Assembly (NCBI GenBank): GCA_018062965.1
Contig: JAGORG010000004.1
Span: forward strand, 15,055-79,054
Length of the DNA: 64,000 bases
Direction of reading: 5' to 3'
Source of the DNA: Minisyncoccota bacterium
GTDB taxonomy: Bacteria; Patescibacteriota; Minisyncoccia; Phycocordibacterales; UBA5272
In this document: positions 1-9,308 of the stretch, piece after piece
Layout: each line of letters opens with the position of its first letter
Position numbering within the stretch: the stretch's first letter is position 1
Position numbers and translations under genes: made by a program
Notes under the pieces: generated by a model
Seen by the model: the letters and a program-made list of their open reading frames with translations, nothing else
Databases searched by the model: none
What the model was told of the DNA's origin: nothing

Positions 1-476
1 GCGGCCTGATCCCCCAAAAAACCTGATCCTTCCTGTAACTGTTGTGCAATAGCTTCATACTGAGACGTGTCTTTTGCTAAAACTGAAAGAGATGCGCCAA
101 ATGGGTTCTCTCCGAGCTCTTCGAGTGCTTGAAGTGTCAACTGATCCCCTGCATGTTTAACTCGAAATTCTTCAAGGGCCTGCTCTCGTGATGTATAGAT
201 AACAGATTTCACCTGTGGAAGTCCAGCAAGCTTTGCTTTGACATCCATGATTTGGTTTTCGGTTGCATCTACTGTGAAATACACGCGAACATCCACCTTT
301 TCACGGATTTCGGTCAGTGTGTAATCAAAAATAGCTCTGAAAAAGAAAAACGAAGCGAGGATCGAAAGCGTGATCGTCAAAATAAAAATAGATGACAATG
401 ATACGGTACGGTTACGATAAAATCCGCGTAACCCTGCCTGAATAATCCTTCGTGTGAGTGTTGTTTTTGTTGCCAT
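1..476 (-). CDS. ftsX: Cell-division ABC transporter permease-like protein FtsX; 3' end lies outside the window.
   Basis: Reverse translation from ATG at 476 gives MATKTTLTRRIIQAGLRGFYRNRTVS... with an FtsX-like N-terminus, TM segment and extracytoplasmic domain. It lies directly downstream of ftsE on the same strand. Confidence 0.6.
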   Translation of the reverse strand, partial: MATKTTLTRRIIQAGLRGFYRNRTVSLSSIFILTITLSILASFFFFRAIFDYTLTEIREKVDVRVYFTVDATENQIMDVKAKLAGLPQVKSVIYTSREQALEEFRVKHAGDQLTLQALEELGENPFGASLSVLAKDTSQYEAIAQQLQEGSGFLGDQA

Positions 477-481
477 AAATA

Positions 482-1162
482 TTACATTGCGAACTTACCT
501 GATTTTTGATCACGGATAACACGACCGTCTTCCATAGTGATAACGCGACGACCGAGATTGTCCACGATGCCTTTGTTGTGAGTAGTCAAAATAACTGTAG
601 TACCGAGATCGTTTATCTTTTTGAGAATCTGTACGATATCGTAGGTATTAAGTGGATCAAGGTTCCCTGTTGGTTCATCGGCGATGATGATTTCTGGACG
701 ATTGATAATAGCTCGAGCAATCGCAACACGCTGCTGCTCTCCACCTGAAAGCTGGTGCGGGAAATGATGCATCTTGTCTTTCAAGTCAACAAGATCAAGA
801 ACGTGTGGAACATCTTCTGCGATGTCATCATCGTGTTTTCCTGCTGCTTCCATAGCAAACGCAACATTTTCGTACGCGGTTTTGTTTGGGATGAGGCGAA
901 AGTCTTGGAACACAACTCCGACTTTGCGGCGATAGTTTGACATACCGTTGCCACGAAGTTTGTGAATGTCTTCTGAGTGAAATGAAACCTTCCCTTCGGT
1001 TGGGTGCTCTTCTGCAAGAAGTAGTTTGATAAGTGTTGTTTTTCCAGCACCTGAGTGTCCTACGATAGAGACGAGTTCACCTGGTTGTATTGTGAGGGAA
1101 ATATCTTCGAGAACTTTATTTCCATTGTCGTACTCTTTAGAAACGCGGTCAAAGTAAAGCAT
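482..1162 (-). CDS. ftsE: Cell-division ABC transporter ATP-binding protein FtsE.
   Basis: Walker [13 protein letters not shown] signature [14 protein letters not shown] and Walker [13 protein letters not shown] are present. The start [11 protein letters not shown] is typical of FtsE. The ORF-track start at 1228 was trimmed to ATG 1162. Confidence 0.85.
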   Translation of the reverse strand: MLYFDRVSKEYDNGNKVLEDISLTIQPGELVSIVGHSGAGKTTLIKLLLAEEHPTEGKVSFHSEDIHKLRGNGMSNYRRKVGVVFQDFRLIPNKTAYENVAFAMEAAGKHDDDIAEDVPHVLDLVDLKDKMHHFPHQLSGGEQQRVAIARAIINRPEIIIADEPTGNLDPLNTYDIVQILKKINDLGTTVILTTHNKGIVDNLGRRVITMEDGRVIRDQKSGKFAM

Positions 1163-1262
1163 ATCTTCTATTGTAACACACGCAACAGATGCTTTGTGAC
1201 ATCCTGTGCATAAACAAAACCCCCTCACGATGTGAAGGGGTTTTGTAAGGTAAACCTCGTTT

Positions 1263-3419
1263 TTACTTGGTAACGTTGATTACTTTTGTAGCAACGTTAT
1301 TTGCGGCATCGTAGGCCTTTGCTGTGATTGTATGAGCTCCAGTAGTAAAGGTTGAGTTCTTTACTGAGATAGAACATGTATTTACGTTTGTACATGTCTT
1401 GAGCGTCGTTGTGTCACGCATGAGCACGATCTTGGTAACCTTCACATTGTCAGTTGCTGACCCTGCAATAGTTGTGTTTCCAGAACTTGGAATGACAGCA
1501 CCGTTAGCAGGACTAGTTATGTTTACTGTTGGAGCAGTAGTGTCCGGCGGAGTAACAAGTGTAACTGTTATCTGTGTTGATGTACCAGTGTTCCCTGAGT
1601 AGTCGTATGACTTTACATAGAACTTGTACCCCTTGAGCGTTTCTGGAGATGTATCCCACTTGAGTCTGTACGGCGCAACAGATGTTGTGTCGATGAGAAC
1701 ATTGTCCTTGTACAGTTCCAGCTTATCAACAAAACCTGAGTTATCAGTTGATGAAGCGTTAAAGTAGAACCATCCACCAAGTTTTGGTGTTGTTGTAGAC
1801 GTTGCTGGAGATGTAAGAGTGACTACTGGCTTTGTCGTGTCTGTTGGGTTACTTGTTGTAACTGTTACAAGTTCAGAAGCTCCTGCGTTTCCAGCTACGT
1901 CATATGTAGTTACTTGGAGCGTATGATTTCCATTTGCAAACTTCATTGATGGGAACTGGAACGTAAACGGCTGGAGATATTCTGTTTTGTACAAAACACC
2001 ATCCACTCGTAGTTCAGCACGAGCAACACCTTGGTCATCCGCAAGTGTTGTTGTTACTGGAATAAGCCCAGATACTGTAGAACTTGATGTTGGAGATGTT
2101 ATTTCTGATGTTGGAGCAACGCCATTTGTAAATGGTGCTGCGTAGAAATCTAGACGTTCATTGAGAGCTCGCTGAGAAATAACATTAAAGTATGTATCTG
2201 TAATGATATTCATCAAGCTATTTGCAGATGAGCGGTAGTAATTTGGGAAGTTACATCCCTTTGTGTAATCAGCTGGTGCAACAAGTCCTACCCATGAAGC
2301 AGGCATAGTGGCTGTGGTGCTGCAGTTGACCATCTGGAACTCTGTCATGCTGAGTTGGTACTCATCTGAAAGGTTCCCAATTGAGTGACCTCCAAGTTCG
2401 TGAAGTCCAACGAGTGGACCAAATGTTCCGCTGTATGTTGCAGCGATTGGATCATCTCCTGCTCCACCGTAGGCAGCGTTGTTTAAGATAATGAGTGCCT
2501 TGTCATACGGAACACCGGCAGTGTTCAAGAGTGAAGCAGTAAGCGCACGGTCACAGATGATTAAACGTCCTTGGTACGCACACTTTAGGTCGTCAGTGTT
2601 GTCTACATAGTGAAGCATGATCTGTGAAGCACGGCTCTTGAACGGTTCAACCGCAAGAATCTGCGCAACCATACGATCTACGTCATCATGGAACTTTGCC
2701 ATATCAGCCGCTGTATAGTCATCTCCGATAAATGCGATATCAAGTGTTGTACTTGATGACTGAGTAGCTGTTCCACCAGTTGAGCCAGGAACGAGGTACT
2801 CTGCACCAGAAATAGAACTAAACGCAGGTGGCGGTGGAGTTACCGATGTGACGTTGCGAACGTCTACAGATGCAAGCACTTTACCCAATTCATTAACAAG
2901 ACGAACCTCAGTCGCGTCTTTGTGAAGCGGCAAATTTTCTGTAAAGGTAAACTTTTCAAGCGTAACACTACCAGGACGAGTGTCATTTTCGTTTTCTGGT
3001 GGTGGACCATCAACTTCTGTTGGTGGAACAAATGCGATTGAATTTAAAGTTTTCCCTTGAGCATCCACAAGACTGAGTGAGTACTCAGCTTCGTCTTTGT
3101 GTGACTGAGGAGATTTTTTTGGAATATATCCAACTTTTTTAAATGTCGATGCTATTGTGAGTGGTTGCTCATTTGCAGCATCGTACGCAAGGTTTACTTC
3201 CAAGATAGACTGACTATCTTTGAACGCTCCTTTTTGCTTGGCATCTTTTCCAGATTTCCAAGCTTTACCAACTTGTTGCTGTTGTGCAACTTTTGGTTTT
3301 TCTTTTGCAAAGAGAGTTGTGTATCCGACAATAAGTCCGATAACAACCATAACGATGAGCACTTTTATATGAAGATGGGAATGCGAATGCGATTCAGTAG
3401 TCGGTGTTGAAGAATTCAT
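1263..3419 (-). CDS. Membrane-anchored extracellular protein with C-terminal Ig-like repeats and a putative M64-like zinc-metallopeptidase motif.
   Basis: His-rich N-terminus then a TM segment (VLIVMVVIGLIVGY). The central motif is HELGGHSIGNLSDEY, resembling the HExxH...DEY family of IgA-peptidase M64. The C-terminal third has three ~90-aa Thr-rich Big-like repeats (TAPTVNITSPANG... / TKPVVTLTSPATS...). Confidence 0.6.
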   Translation of the reverse strand: MNSSTPTTESHSHSHLHIKVLIVMVVIGLIVGYTTLFAKEKPKVAQQQQVGKAWKSGKDAKQKGAFKDSQSILEVNLAYDAANEQPLTIASTFKKVGYIPKKSPQSHKDEAEYSLSLVDAQGKTLNSIAFVPPTEVDGPPPENENDTRPGSVTLEKFTFTENLPLHKDATEVRLVNELGKVLASVDVRNVTSVTPPPPAFSSISGAEYLVPGSTGGTATQSSSTTLDIAFIGDDYTAADMAKFHDDVDRMVAQILAVEPFKSRASQIMLHYVDNTDDLKCAYQGRLIICDRALTASLLNTAGVPYDKALIILNNAAYGGAGDDPIAATYSGTFGPLVGLHELGGHSIGNLSDEYQLSMTEFQMVNCSTTATMPASWVGLVAPADYTKGCNFPNYYRSSANSLMNIITDTYFNVISQRALNERLDFYAAPFTNGVAPTSEITSPTSSSTVSGLIPVTTTLADDQGVARAELRVDGVLYKTEYLQPFTFQFPSMKFANGNHTLQVTTYDVAGNAGASELVTVTTSNPTDTTKPVVTLTSPATSTTTPKLGGWFYFNASSTDNSGFVDKLELYKDNVLIDTTSVAPYRLKWDTSPETLKGYKFYVKSYDYSGNTGTSTQITVTLVTPPDTTAPTVNITSPANGAVIPSSGNTTIAGSATDNVKVTKIVLMRDTTTLKTCTNVNTCSISVKNSTFTTGAHTITAKAYDAANNVATKVINVTK

Positions 3420-3514
3420 GCTGATAGATAAAATAAAAAGTAAAAGTAACCAGAAAGTGCAATATCTAGCATAAGGATATCACGCTTACCTTACAGGCTT
3501 ATGTTAATAGCTTT

Positions 3515-4396
3515 TTAGAGAGTTTTCTCAGCTTCTATAAATGCATCCAATTCCCCTCGTTCAAGTACCGCCTCTACATTGCTTGTTTCTACATCAGTTC
3601 TGTGGTCTTTGACCATTTTGTATGGATGAAGAACATATGAACGTATCTGATTCCCCCATTCAATTTCCATGGTTTTACTGATTTGTCTACCTTCTATCTC
3701 TGCTTTGCGTTTTTCTTCTTCCAATTTAAAGAGTTTTGCAGACAAAATCTCAAGCGCTTTTTGCTTGTTTCGTTCCTGTTCGCGCTCTGTTGCCACATAC
3801 ACTGCAATATTTGTCGGAATATGCACGATACGCACTGCTGTTTCGCGTTTGTTCACATTTTGCCCGCCTGGACCGGATGATTTTGATGTTTCGATACGAA
3901 TCTCGTCAGGTAGGATAGGTTTGCGTTCTGCTTGCGGGATAACTGGAAGCACTTCAACGAGTGCAAAAGATGTATGTCGCTTTGCCTGCGCATTAAACGG
4001 TGAAATACGCACCAGACGATGCACCCCAGATTCGTTCTTGAGGTTTCCGTATGCACCTTTCCCGTCGATCTCAATAGTTAGATTACGATACCCGCCATGG
4101 TCGTTTTTGTTGTCGTGAAGCGTTGTGTATGAGTACCCTTGCCGTTTGAAGTACGCATCATACATTTGAAAAAGCATATATGCGAAATCTTCACTGTCAT
4201 CTCCACCTGCTCCGGCTAGGATAGTCAGCACAGCGTTCCCACGATCCAAAGAAGAAACCCCGTCACGTTTGTCTTTGAGTTCTTTGATACGTTTGATGGT
4301 TTCCTGAGCTTTTTCTTTATCACTCCAAAAATCTACCTCATTCATGCGGGCTTCGAGCTCTACTATTTCTAGGTCTATATCTGAAGTGTTGTCCAT
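3515..4396 (-). CDS. prfB: Peptide chain release factor 2, compact form.
   Basis: SPF tripeptide (RISPFNAQ) and GGQ motif (SGPGGQNVNK) are present. It is only 293 aa and lacks most of domain 1. No programmed +1 frameshift site is visible; an upstream terminator hairpin sits at 4417-4440. Confidence 0.9.
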   Translation of the reverse strand: MDNTSDIDLEIVELEARMNEVDFWSDKEKAQETIKRIKELKDKRDGVSSLDRGNAVLTILAGAGGDDSEDFAYMLFQMYDAYFKRQGYSYTTLHDNKNDHGGYRNLTIEIDGKGAYGNLKNESGVHRLVRISPFNAQAKRHTSFALVEVLPVIPQAERKPILPDEIRIETSKSSGPGGQNVNKRETAVRIVHIPTNIAVYVATEREQERNKQKALEILSAKLFKLEEEKRKAEIEGRQISKTMEIEWGNQIRSYVLHPYKMVKDHRTDVETSNVEAVLERGELDAFIEAEKTL

Positions 4397-4438
4397 TGGT
4401 TTAGTATAGCAAAATAAAAGCTACCATTGCTGGTAGCT

Positions 4439-4738
4439 TTATCTCTTTTTGGACAAATATCCTACACCTTTTATGGAAAGGCTGTAAACCTTTGTGTCGT
4501 GCTTGAGCGGTTTTTCGAGGTATCTAGTAACCTCTTGGTTTACATACCCCTCCTGTACAAGATACGCGAGTGCCCATTTGAGATTAGAAATAGTGACCGA
4601 GGGTGAACCCCTGAAAAGAAAGATTGGCGGGTAAAGCTTTGTGAATACTTCTTGCACCTCCTCTATTGTTCGCTTTCTCATTGCAACTGACCTAAGTGTT
4701 TTATTAACCAGGCCGTTATGCATAGACAACGTCGCCAT
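4439..4738 (-). CDS. Small hypothetical protein, possibly winged-helix (Mrr_N-like).
   Basis: ATG at 4738 is preceded by AGGAGG. The segment SNLKWALAYLVQEGYV...YSLSIKGVGYL resembles winged-helix DNA-binding N-terminal domains. A terminator hairpin follows the 3' end. Confidence 0.5.
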   Translation of the reverse strand: MATLSMHNGLVNKTLRSVAMRKRTIEEVQEVFTKLYPPIFLFRGSPSVTISNLKWALAYLVQEGYVNQEVTRYLEKPLKHDTKVYSLSIKGVGYLSKKR

Positions 4739-4807
4739 ATGACCTCCTGGTAGTGTTGAACAATTATTCTCTACACTACCCAAAATCAGAGAACTTGTCT
4801 ATACAAG

Positions 4808-5941
4808 CTACTCATTTAGATACTTTTTACCACGCAGCTTTTCTGGTAGAAGATCTTCTTTAGTGTATATTTCGTATCCATCTCCATACCCAGCATCTTT
4901 CATAAGTTTTGTTGGAGCGTTACGTATCATCATGGGAATAGGCAGGTTACCAAGTGTTTGAGCATCGTAAAGAGCGGACTTGTATGCGTCGTACACCACT
5001 CGCTCTTTTGGTGCGGAAGCTAGATAGATAACACCGTGAGCTAAGTTAATTCCACACTCAGGTAAACCGATAGTTTCAACAGCCCTAAACACTTCATTTG
5101 CTACCACAAGCGCCTGTGAGTCTTTCATACCTATGTCTTCGGAAGCAAATATCACCATACGCCGTGCGATGAACTTTGGATCTTCTCCTGCTTCTATCAT
5201 GCGCGCAAGATAGTAGAGCGCTGCATTTGCTTGAGATGCACGCATGCTTTTAATAAATGCGCTAATTGTGTTGTGATGCTCTTCGCCTTTCTTGTCATAG
5301 CGTAGGTGTTTGGACTGTATCGTGTTCTGTAGATTATCTACAGTTATATCGTCGTAGAGCTCTTTGGTATGTGAAAGTACACCTAATGCTTGGCGGGCAT
5401 CTCCAGAAGCTAAAGCAATAATCCAATTCATTGCATCATCGGGAATAGAGTACCCAGATCTCGATATAATTTCTTTCATGTCAGCGGGTGTTAACTCATG
5501 TAAGATAAACACTCTACAACGCGAAAGAAGTGCAGGAATAACTTCAAACGAAGGATTTTCTGTTGTTGCTCCGATCAAGATAAGTTTTCCCTTTTCAACA
5601 TGTGGCAAAAGATAGTCCTGCTGAGCTTTATTGAAACGATGTATCTCATCCAAGAAAAGAACTTTGGGTCCAAACAAGTCGCCCCCTTTATCGATAATAT
5701 TTCGTATATCATCTTTTCCAGCGGACACAGCAGACAGCTCGTGATAATCAGCGTTGATTGCTTGTGCGTAGATGCGAGCAAGCGTTGTCTTACCAACTCC
5801 AGGTGGACCCCACAAGATAAACGAGAAAATATGCTTCTTTTCGATAGCAACACGAAGAGGTTTACCATCGCCCACGAGATGAGCTTGTCCTATGTATTCG
5901 TCGAGTGTTTTTGGGCGAAGAATATGAGCCAAAGGTTCCAT
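4808..5941 (-). CDS. rarA: Replication-associated recombination protein A (MgsA/RarA AAA+ ATPase).
   Basis: Walker A GPPGVGKTTLARI and a DEIHRFNK sensor region are present. The C-terminal MgsA-specific domain is seen (ALYYLARMIEAGEDPKFIARR). Confidence 0.85.
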   Translation of the reverse strand: MEPLAHILRPKTLDEYIGQAHLVGDGKPLRVAIEKKHIFSFILWGPPGVGKTTLARIYAQAINADYHELSAVSAGKDDIRNIIDKGGDLFGPKVLFLDEIHRFNKAQQDYLLPHVEKGKLILIGATTENPSFEVIPALLSRCRVFILHELTPADMKEIISRSGYSIPDDAMNWIIALASGDARQALGVLSHTKELYDDITVDNLQNTIQSKHLRYDKKGEEHHNTISAFIKSMRASQANAALYYLARMIEAGEDPKFIARRMVIFASEDIGMKDSQALVVANEVFRAVETIGLPECGINLAHGVIYLASAPKERVVYDAYKSALYDAQTLGNLPIPMMIRNAPTKLMKDAGYGDGYEIYTKEDLLPEKLRGKKYLNE

Positions 5942-5990
5942 ATCTACAGTATACACCACCTATTAGAACAACTGTTCTTATGCCCCGCGA

Positions 5991-7064
5991 TTATTTAGTT
6001 GTAATATCTATATACCCTTTCCTGATAGAATCAACAAGAACCATATCTGACTGTTTGGCTATATGATCGAGGATACGTAAACGTGCGCTTTCTGTGGCGA
6101 TTGCCGGTATAGATCTTGATGAACGAACAGGTACAAGCTCATACCTAATACCACTATCTAGACTGGATATGCGAACCATATAACCATCTTCTAGGTCACT
6201 TCGCCAATACTGGTCAAAAATAAAATTACCAAGTGAATAAAATATCGGCTTCTCTTTATATAGTTCCACACCTTGTGCAACATGAGGATGCGCTCCGATG
6301 ACAGTGTCTACGCCTCTATCAATGAGCTTGTGAGCAAATGCACGCTGATAGATGTTTTGAGTAACATACTCATCACCCCAGTGTAGATATGCGATCAGAT
6401 GGGCCTGTGGAAACTCTTTCCGTAGCTTTTCAGTCACGTTAAGTGCTTGTGATTCATCCCATCCGGTAGCAATCATGGTGATGCCGTAAACAATGACTGT
6501 CGTTGTGCCAAGCTTTGTTTCAAAATAATCATCTGCAGTTGGAGAATAACCACCAAAATGAGCTACACCGCCCTGACCCAGGGCTTCTTTTGTTTCTTCG
6601 TATCCACTGCGACCTTTATCGAACATATGGTTATTTGCAAGCGACACTGCTTGTATACCCCCAAGTTTTAAAATACGAGGAGTTGAGGAAGCAAATGAAA
6701 AACTAAATCCATTAATCGGAGTCTGTACGTGATTATCGGGTATTGGACCCTCTAGGTTTGCAATAGTTACATGCTGCTTCAAGTACTCTGTCGTAGAGGC
6801 GAACATAAACAGTTCGTCTCCATGTCGTTTAGCTAGAGTTTCCACATGTCTTCCAAGCATGATATCTCCAACAAAAAGAAGTGGCTGGGCATTTTTTTGG
6901 TTTATGTGAGGCACTTGTTCAATATCTTTGTAATAAACATCGTGTTTATTCTGAGTAAAAAATATCGCACAAACACCTATCAAAACAATCCCAACAAGGG
7001 CTAGTCTTTTATTCATGCTATGAAGTATAGCAGTCGACACTTTTGCGTTGAAAATATAGCTCAA
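5991..7064 (-). CDS. CapA/PgsA family metallophosphoesterase-like protein (poly-gamma-glutamate capsule synthesis family).
   Basis: N-terminal TM then the characteristic CapA motifs (NLEGPI..., ANNHMFDKG, IAYLHWGDEY, GAHPHV, LGNFIFDQ). Confidence 0.75.
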   Translation of the reverse strand: MSYIFNAKVSTAILHSMNKRLALVGIVLIGVCAIFFTQNKHDVYYKDIEQVPHINQKNAQPLLFVGDIMLGRHVETLAKRHGDELFMFASTTEYLKQHVTIANLEGPIPDNHVQTPINGFSFSFASSTPRILKLGGIQAVSLANNHMFDKGRSGYEETKEALGQGGVAHFGGYSPTADDYFETKLGTTTVIVYGITMIATGWDESQALNVTEKLRKEFPQAHLIAYLHWGDEYVTQNIYQRAFAHKLIDRGVDTVIGAHPHVAQGVELYKEKPIFYSLGNFIFDQYWRSDLEDGYMVRISSLDSGIRYELVPVRSSRSIPAIATESARLRILDHIAKQSDMVLVDSIRKGYIDITTK

Positions 7065-7097
7065 ATCAGATAGAATGGAGCGACTGTTTTGAAATCA

Positions 7098-7170
7098 GCC
7101 AAGATAGCTCAGTCGGTAGAGCACTTCCATGGTAAGGAAGAGGTCGCGGGTTCGATTCCCGCTCTTGGCT
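7098..7170 (+). tRNA. tRNA-Thr (anticodon GGT).
   Basis: Cloverleaf traced by hand: acceptor GCCAAGA/TCTTGGC, D-arm GCTC...GAGC, anticodon stem CTTCC/GGAAG with loop AUGGUAA, T-arm GCGGG-TTCGATT-CCCGC. No CCA is encoded. Confidence 0.9.
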
Positions 7171-7308
7171 CACGAAGTGAGCCAAGGCTGTGAGGGGGGG
7201 TCGGGGAAACGGGAGTTTCCCCGTGGCGGAGGAGTCGGAACCGAGGGGTTCCGAAACCGAAGCGAATGATAGTGAGTGCAGGTTGCTCTTGGCTCATGAA
7301 GGAGTAAA

Positions 7309-7336
7309 GAAAAAGCGCGACCATGGTCGCGCTTTT
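7309..7336. terminator. Bidirectional rho-independent terminator hairpin.
   Basis: Perfect palindrome AAAAAGCGCGACC-ATGG-TCGCGCTTTTT flanked by A/T runs. It sits between the tRNA-Thr region and the convergent 7347..9188 gene. Confidence 0.6.
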
Positions 7337-7346
7337 TAGTTGGCTG

Positions 7347-9188
7347 TTATCGTGTTACACACGCTCCCCAAAGTCCTGGATTGACACCTCCACATCCACC
7401 ACCGAGCGAACAAGATGCAACTTGAGAGCCGTAAGCGCTTACGATATCAGCATTACATGCACCTTGACCGTTTCCATTTACAAAGTTGCGAGTAACTGGC
7501 TCAGTTACAGTAATGGTAGCTGCAGCAGAATACGTGCTACATCCAACTATATTACAAGCTTGCGCCTGTATAAGATGACTTCCTGCAGAAAGCCCAAGAG
7601 ATGCGGGTGTCCCCGTCCAAGATGTTCCTGTTTGAGGATATATAGTACCACCAACTTTAACGTTATATGAGGTTGGTGAATTATTGGCTGACCATGTTAC
7701 TGTAAAGTTTTGAGTTGTAGAAAGACTTGTCGGGGTTACGGTTAATTGAGTTTGGGTTGGCGCAGCAGCTGCAACACTAGTAGCAGGAGTACTATTAATA
7801 CATGCACCCCATAAACCTGGATTCAATCCTCCACACCCACCACCAAGTGAACATGATGCAACTTGTGAACCATAGATACTCACAATCGTTGCATTACAAG
7901 AAGCTTGGCCGTTCCCATCAACAATATTACGAGAACCTGTAGTCGAAGCAGATGTCACATTAACGGTGATTGATTTTTCGGCAGAATAACTATTATTTGC
8001 ACACACGATTCTATAAGTCGTCGTCTGAGTTGGGTACACAGTGTACAACCCTTGAGTAAGATTCTTTTCAGTATTACCTCCGTAGTACAAGGTACATGTG
8101 TCTGCACCAGTTGTGTTCCAAGCAATTTGAGTACTTTGTCCTGCGGTAATGCTGTACGAAGAGGCCGAGAAACCGATAATCGGAACCCCGGTATTTGTTG
8201 AAGTATTAGTTGTTGTGTTTGTGGTTGCAGTTGATTCAACTGTTACTGTTTTATCAACTGAAACAACCTGTCCTTGTGTATTCATACACTCCACTCTGTA
8301 CGTAGTTGTTTGTACTGGATACAGAGTCTTTGTTCCCCACGTTGTTAATGTTTCTGAAGCTCCACTTGTTATATTTCTTCCACTGCAACTTGTTGCATTT
8401 GCTGCATTCCATGACAAATATGTTGCGGCACCTCTTTGAATATATGAAGGAGAGAGCGTGACATTTAGAGTTGGAGCTGAAACATATGTTGTGTTTGTAG
8501 TGGTGAGTGTACTTAGAATTTTAATTGGTACACCATTACTCTGCCCACGATCAGTTGTAATAGTTGTCATATAGGTAAACCCTGGGACAAAACTTGCCGG
8601 GACTCGAATCGTGATACGATCATATGTTGCAGATGTAACCGGCACATCAACCCCTGCCATGGTGACTCGTGGAGTAAACGTATTCCCTCCAATAAGGTTG
8701 GTACCGATAAATGTACCATCTCCATTTGCATCCATTTCAAAATTCCCTGCCGCTCTTGCATTTGTACTTACGATAACAGGCGCACCGCTTTGTGATGAAC
8801 CTGATTGGTAGGTAGTATTTGTTGTAGAAGTGGTTACATTTCCAGAACAAACTCGAGCAATCACAGCGCGAGTAAGTGACCCCGCAATTCCGTATGAAGG
8901 CAAATTATTATCTATCTGAAAATCTTTAATCGCCTGAACAGTAAGCCCTGCAACTCTACCTGTTGGAGCTTCGATATCGAGATACCCTCGCTCAATGAGG
9001 AATCTCTGTAACTGAGACGCTTGACCTTGTGTGGTTGCGTCCGTTGAACCTCGTTGCATAGTAATAGAGAGGTTTGGGCAATACCCAGCACGTGAGTTTG
9101 TAGCTGTGCCGTAGTCGTCAGCCATTTGAGCCATAGCGTGTGTACCAGATATCAGCGCAATAAGAAGTGCGAGTAAAGTTGTTTTCAT
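7347..9188 (-). CDS. Secreted modular surface protein with an N-terminal peptidoglycan-binding-like domain, Thr-rich Ig-like repeats and two C-terminal Cys-rich modules.
   Basis: Signal peptide MKTTLLALLIALISGTHAMA. PG_binding_1-like segment (LQRFLIERGYL...GLTVQAIKDFQ). Repeated ~95-aa domains follow (VPIKILS.../VPIIGFS...). A 45-aa Cys-rich module (NGNGQ.CNA.IVS.YGSQVASCSLGGGCGG.NPGLWGAC) occurs twice. Confidence 0.8.
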   Translation of the reverse strand: MKTTLLALLIALISGTHAMAQMADDYGTATNSRAGYCPNLSITMQRGSTDATTQGQASQLQRFLIERGYLDIEAPTGRVAGLTVQAIKDFQIDNNLPSYGIAGSLTRAVIARVCSGNVTTSTTNTTYQSGSSQSGAPVIVSTNARAAGNFEMDANGDGTFIGTNLIGGNTFTPRVTMAGVDVPVTSATYDRITIRVPASFVPGFTYMTTITTDRGQSNGVPIKILSTLTTTNTTYVSAPTLNVTLSPSYIQRGAATYLSWNAANATSCSGRNITSGASETLTTWGTKTLYPVQTTTYRVECMNTQGQVVSVDKTVTVESTATTNTTTNTSTNTGVPIIGFSASSYSITAGQSTQIAWNTTGADTCTLYYGGNTEKNLTQGLYTVYPTQTTTYRIVCANNSYSAEKSITVNVTSASTTGSRNIVDGNGQASCNATIVSIYGSQVASCSLGGGCGGLNPGLWGACINSTPATSVAAAAPTQTQLTVTPTSLSTTQNFTVTWSANNSPTSYNVKVGGTIYPQTGTSWTGTPASLGLSAGSHLIQAQACNIVGCSTYSAAATITVTEPVTRNFVNGNGQGACNADIVSAYGSQVASCSLGGGCGGVNPGLWGACVTR

Positions 9189-9308
9189 AAATAGTGAATG
9201 ATAGATTACACACTAAAGTGTACCATCAAAGTCAGGACACATACGTAGCAATTGTTGACAACTACTAACCTTAAGTGTAGATTGACAATAGATTTTAAGG
9301 AGTGAATC

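Noticed and set aside
3515-4440. A programmed +1 frameshift in prfB.
   Set aside because: The frameshift site was looked for upstream of the RF2 start, but only a terminator hairpin (4417-4440) and the preceding gene's 3' end are present. No short N-terminal ORF was found in another frame.
7109-7324. Minus-strand 71-aa ORF overlapping tRNA-Thr and the GC-rich insert.
   Set aside because: It overlaps a confidently folded tRNA and is open only because of GC richness.
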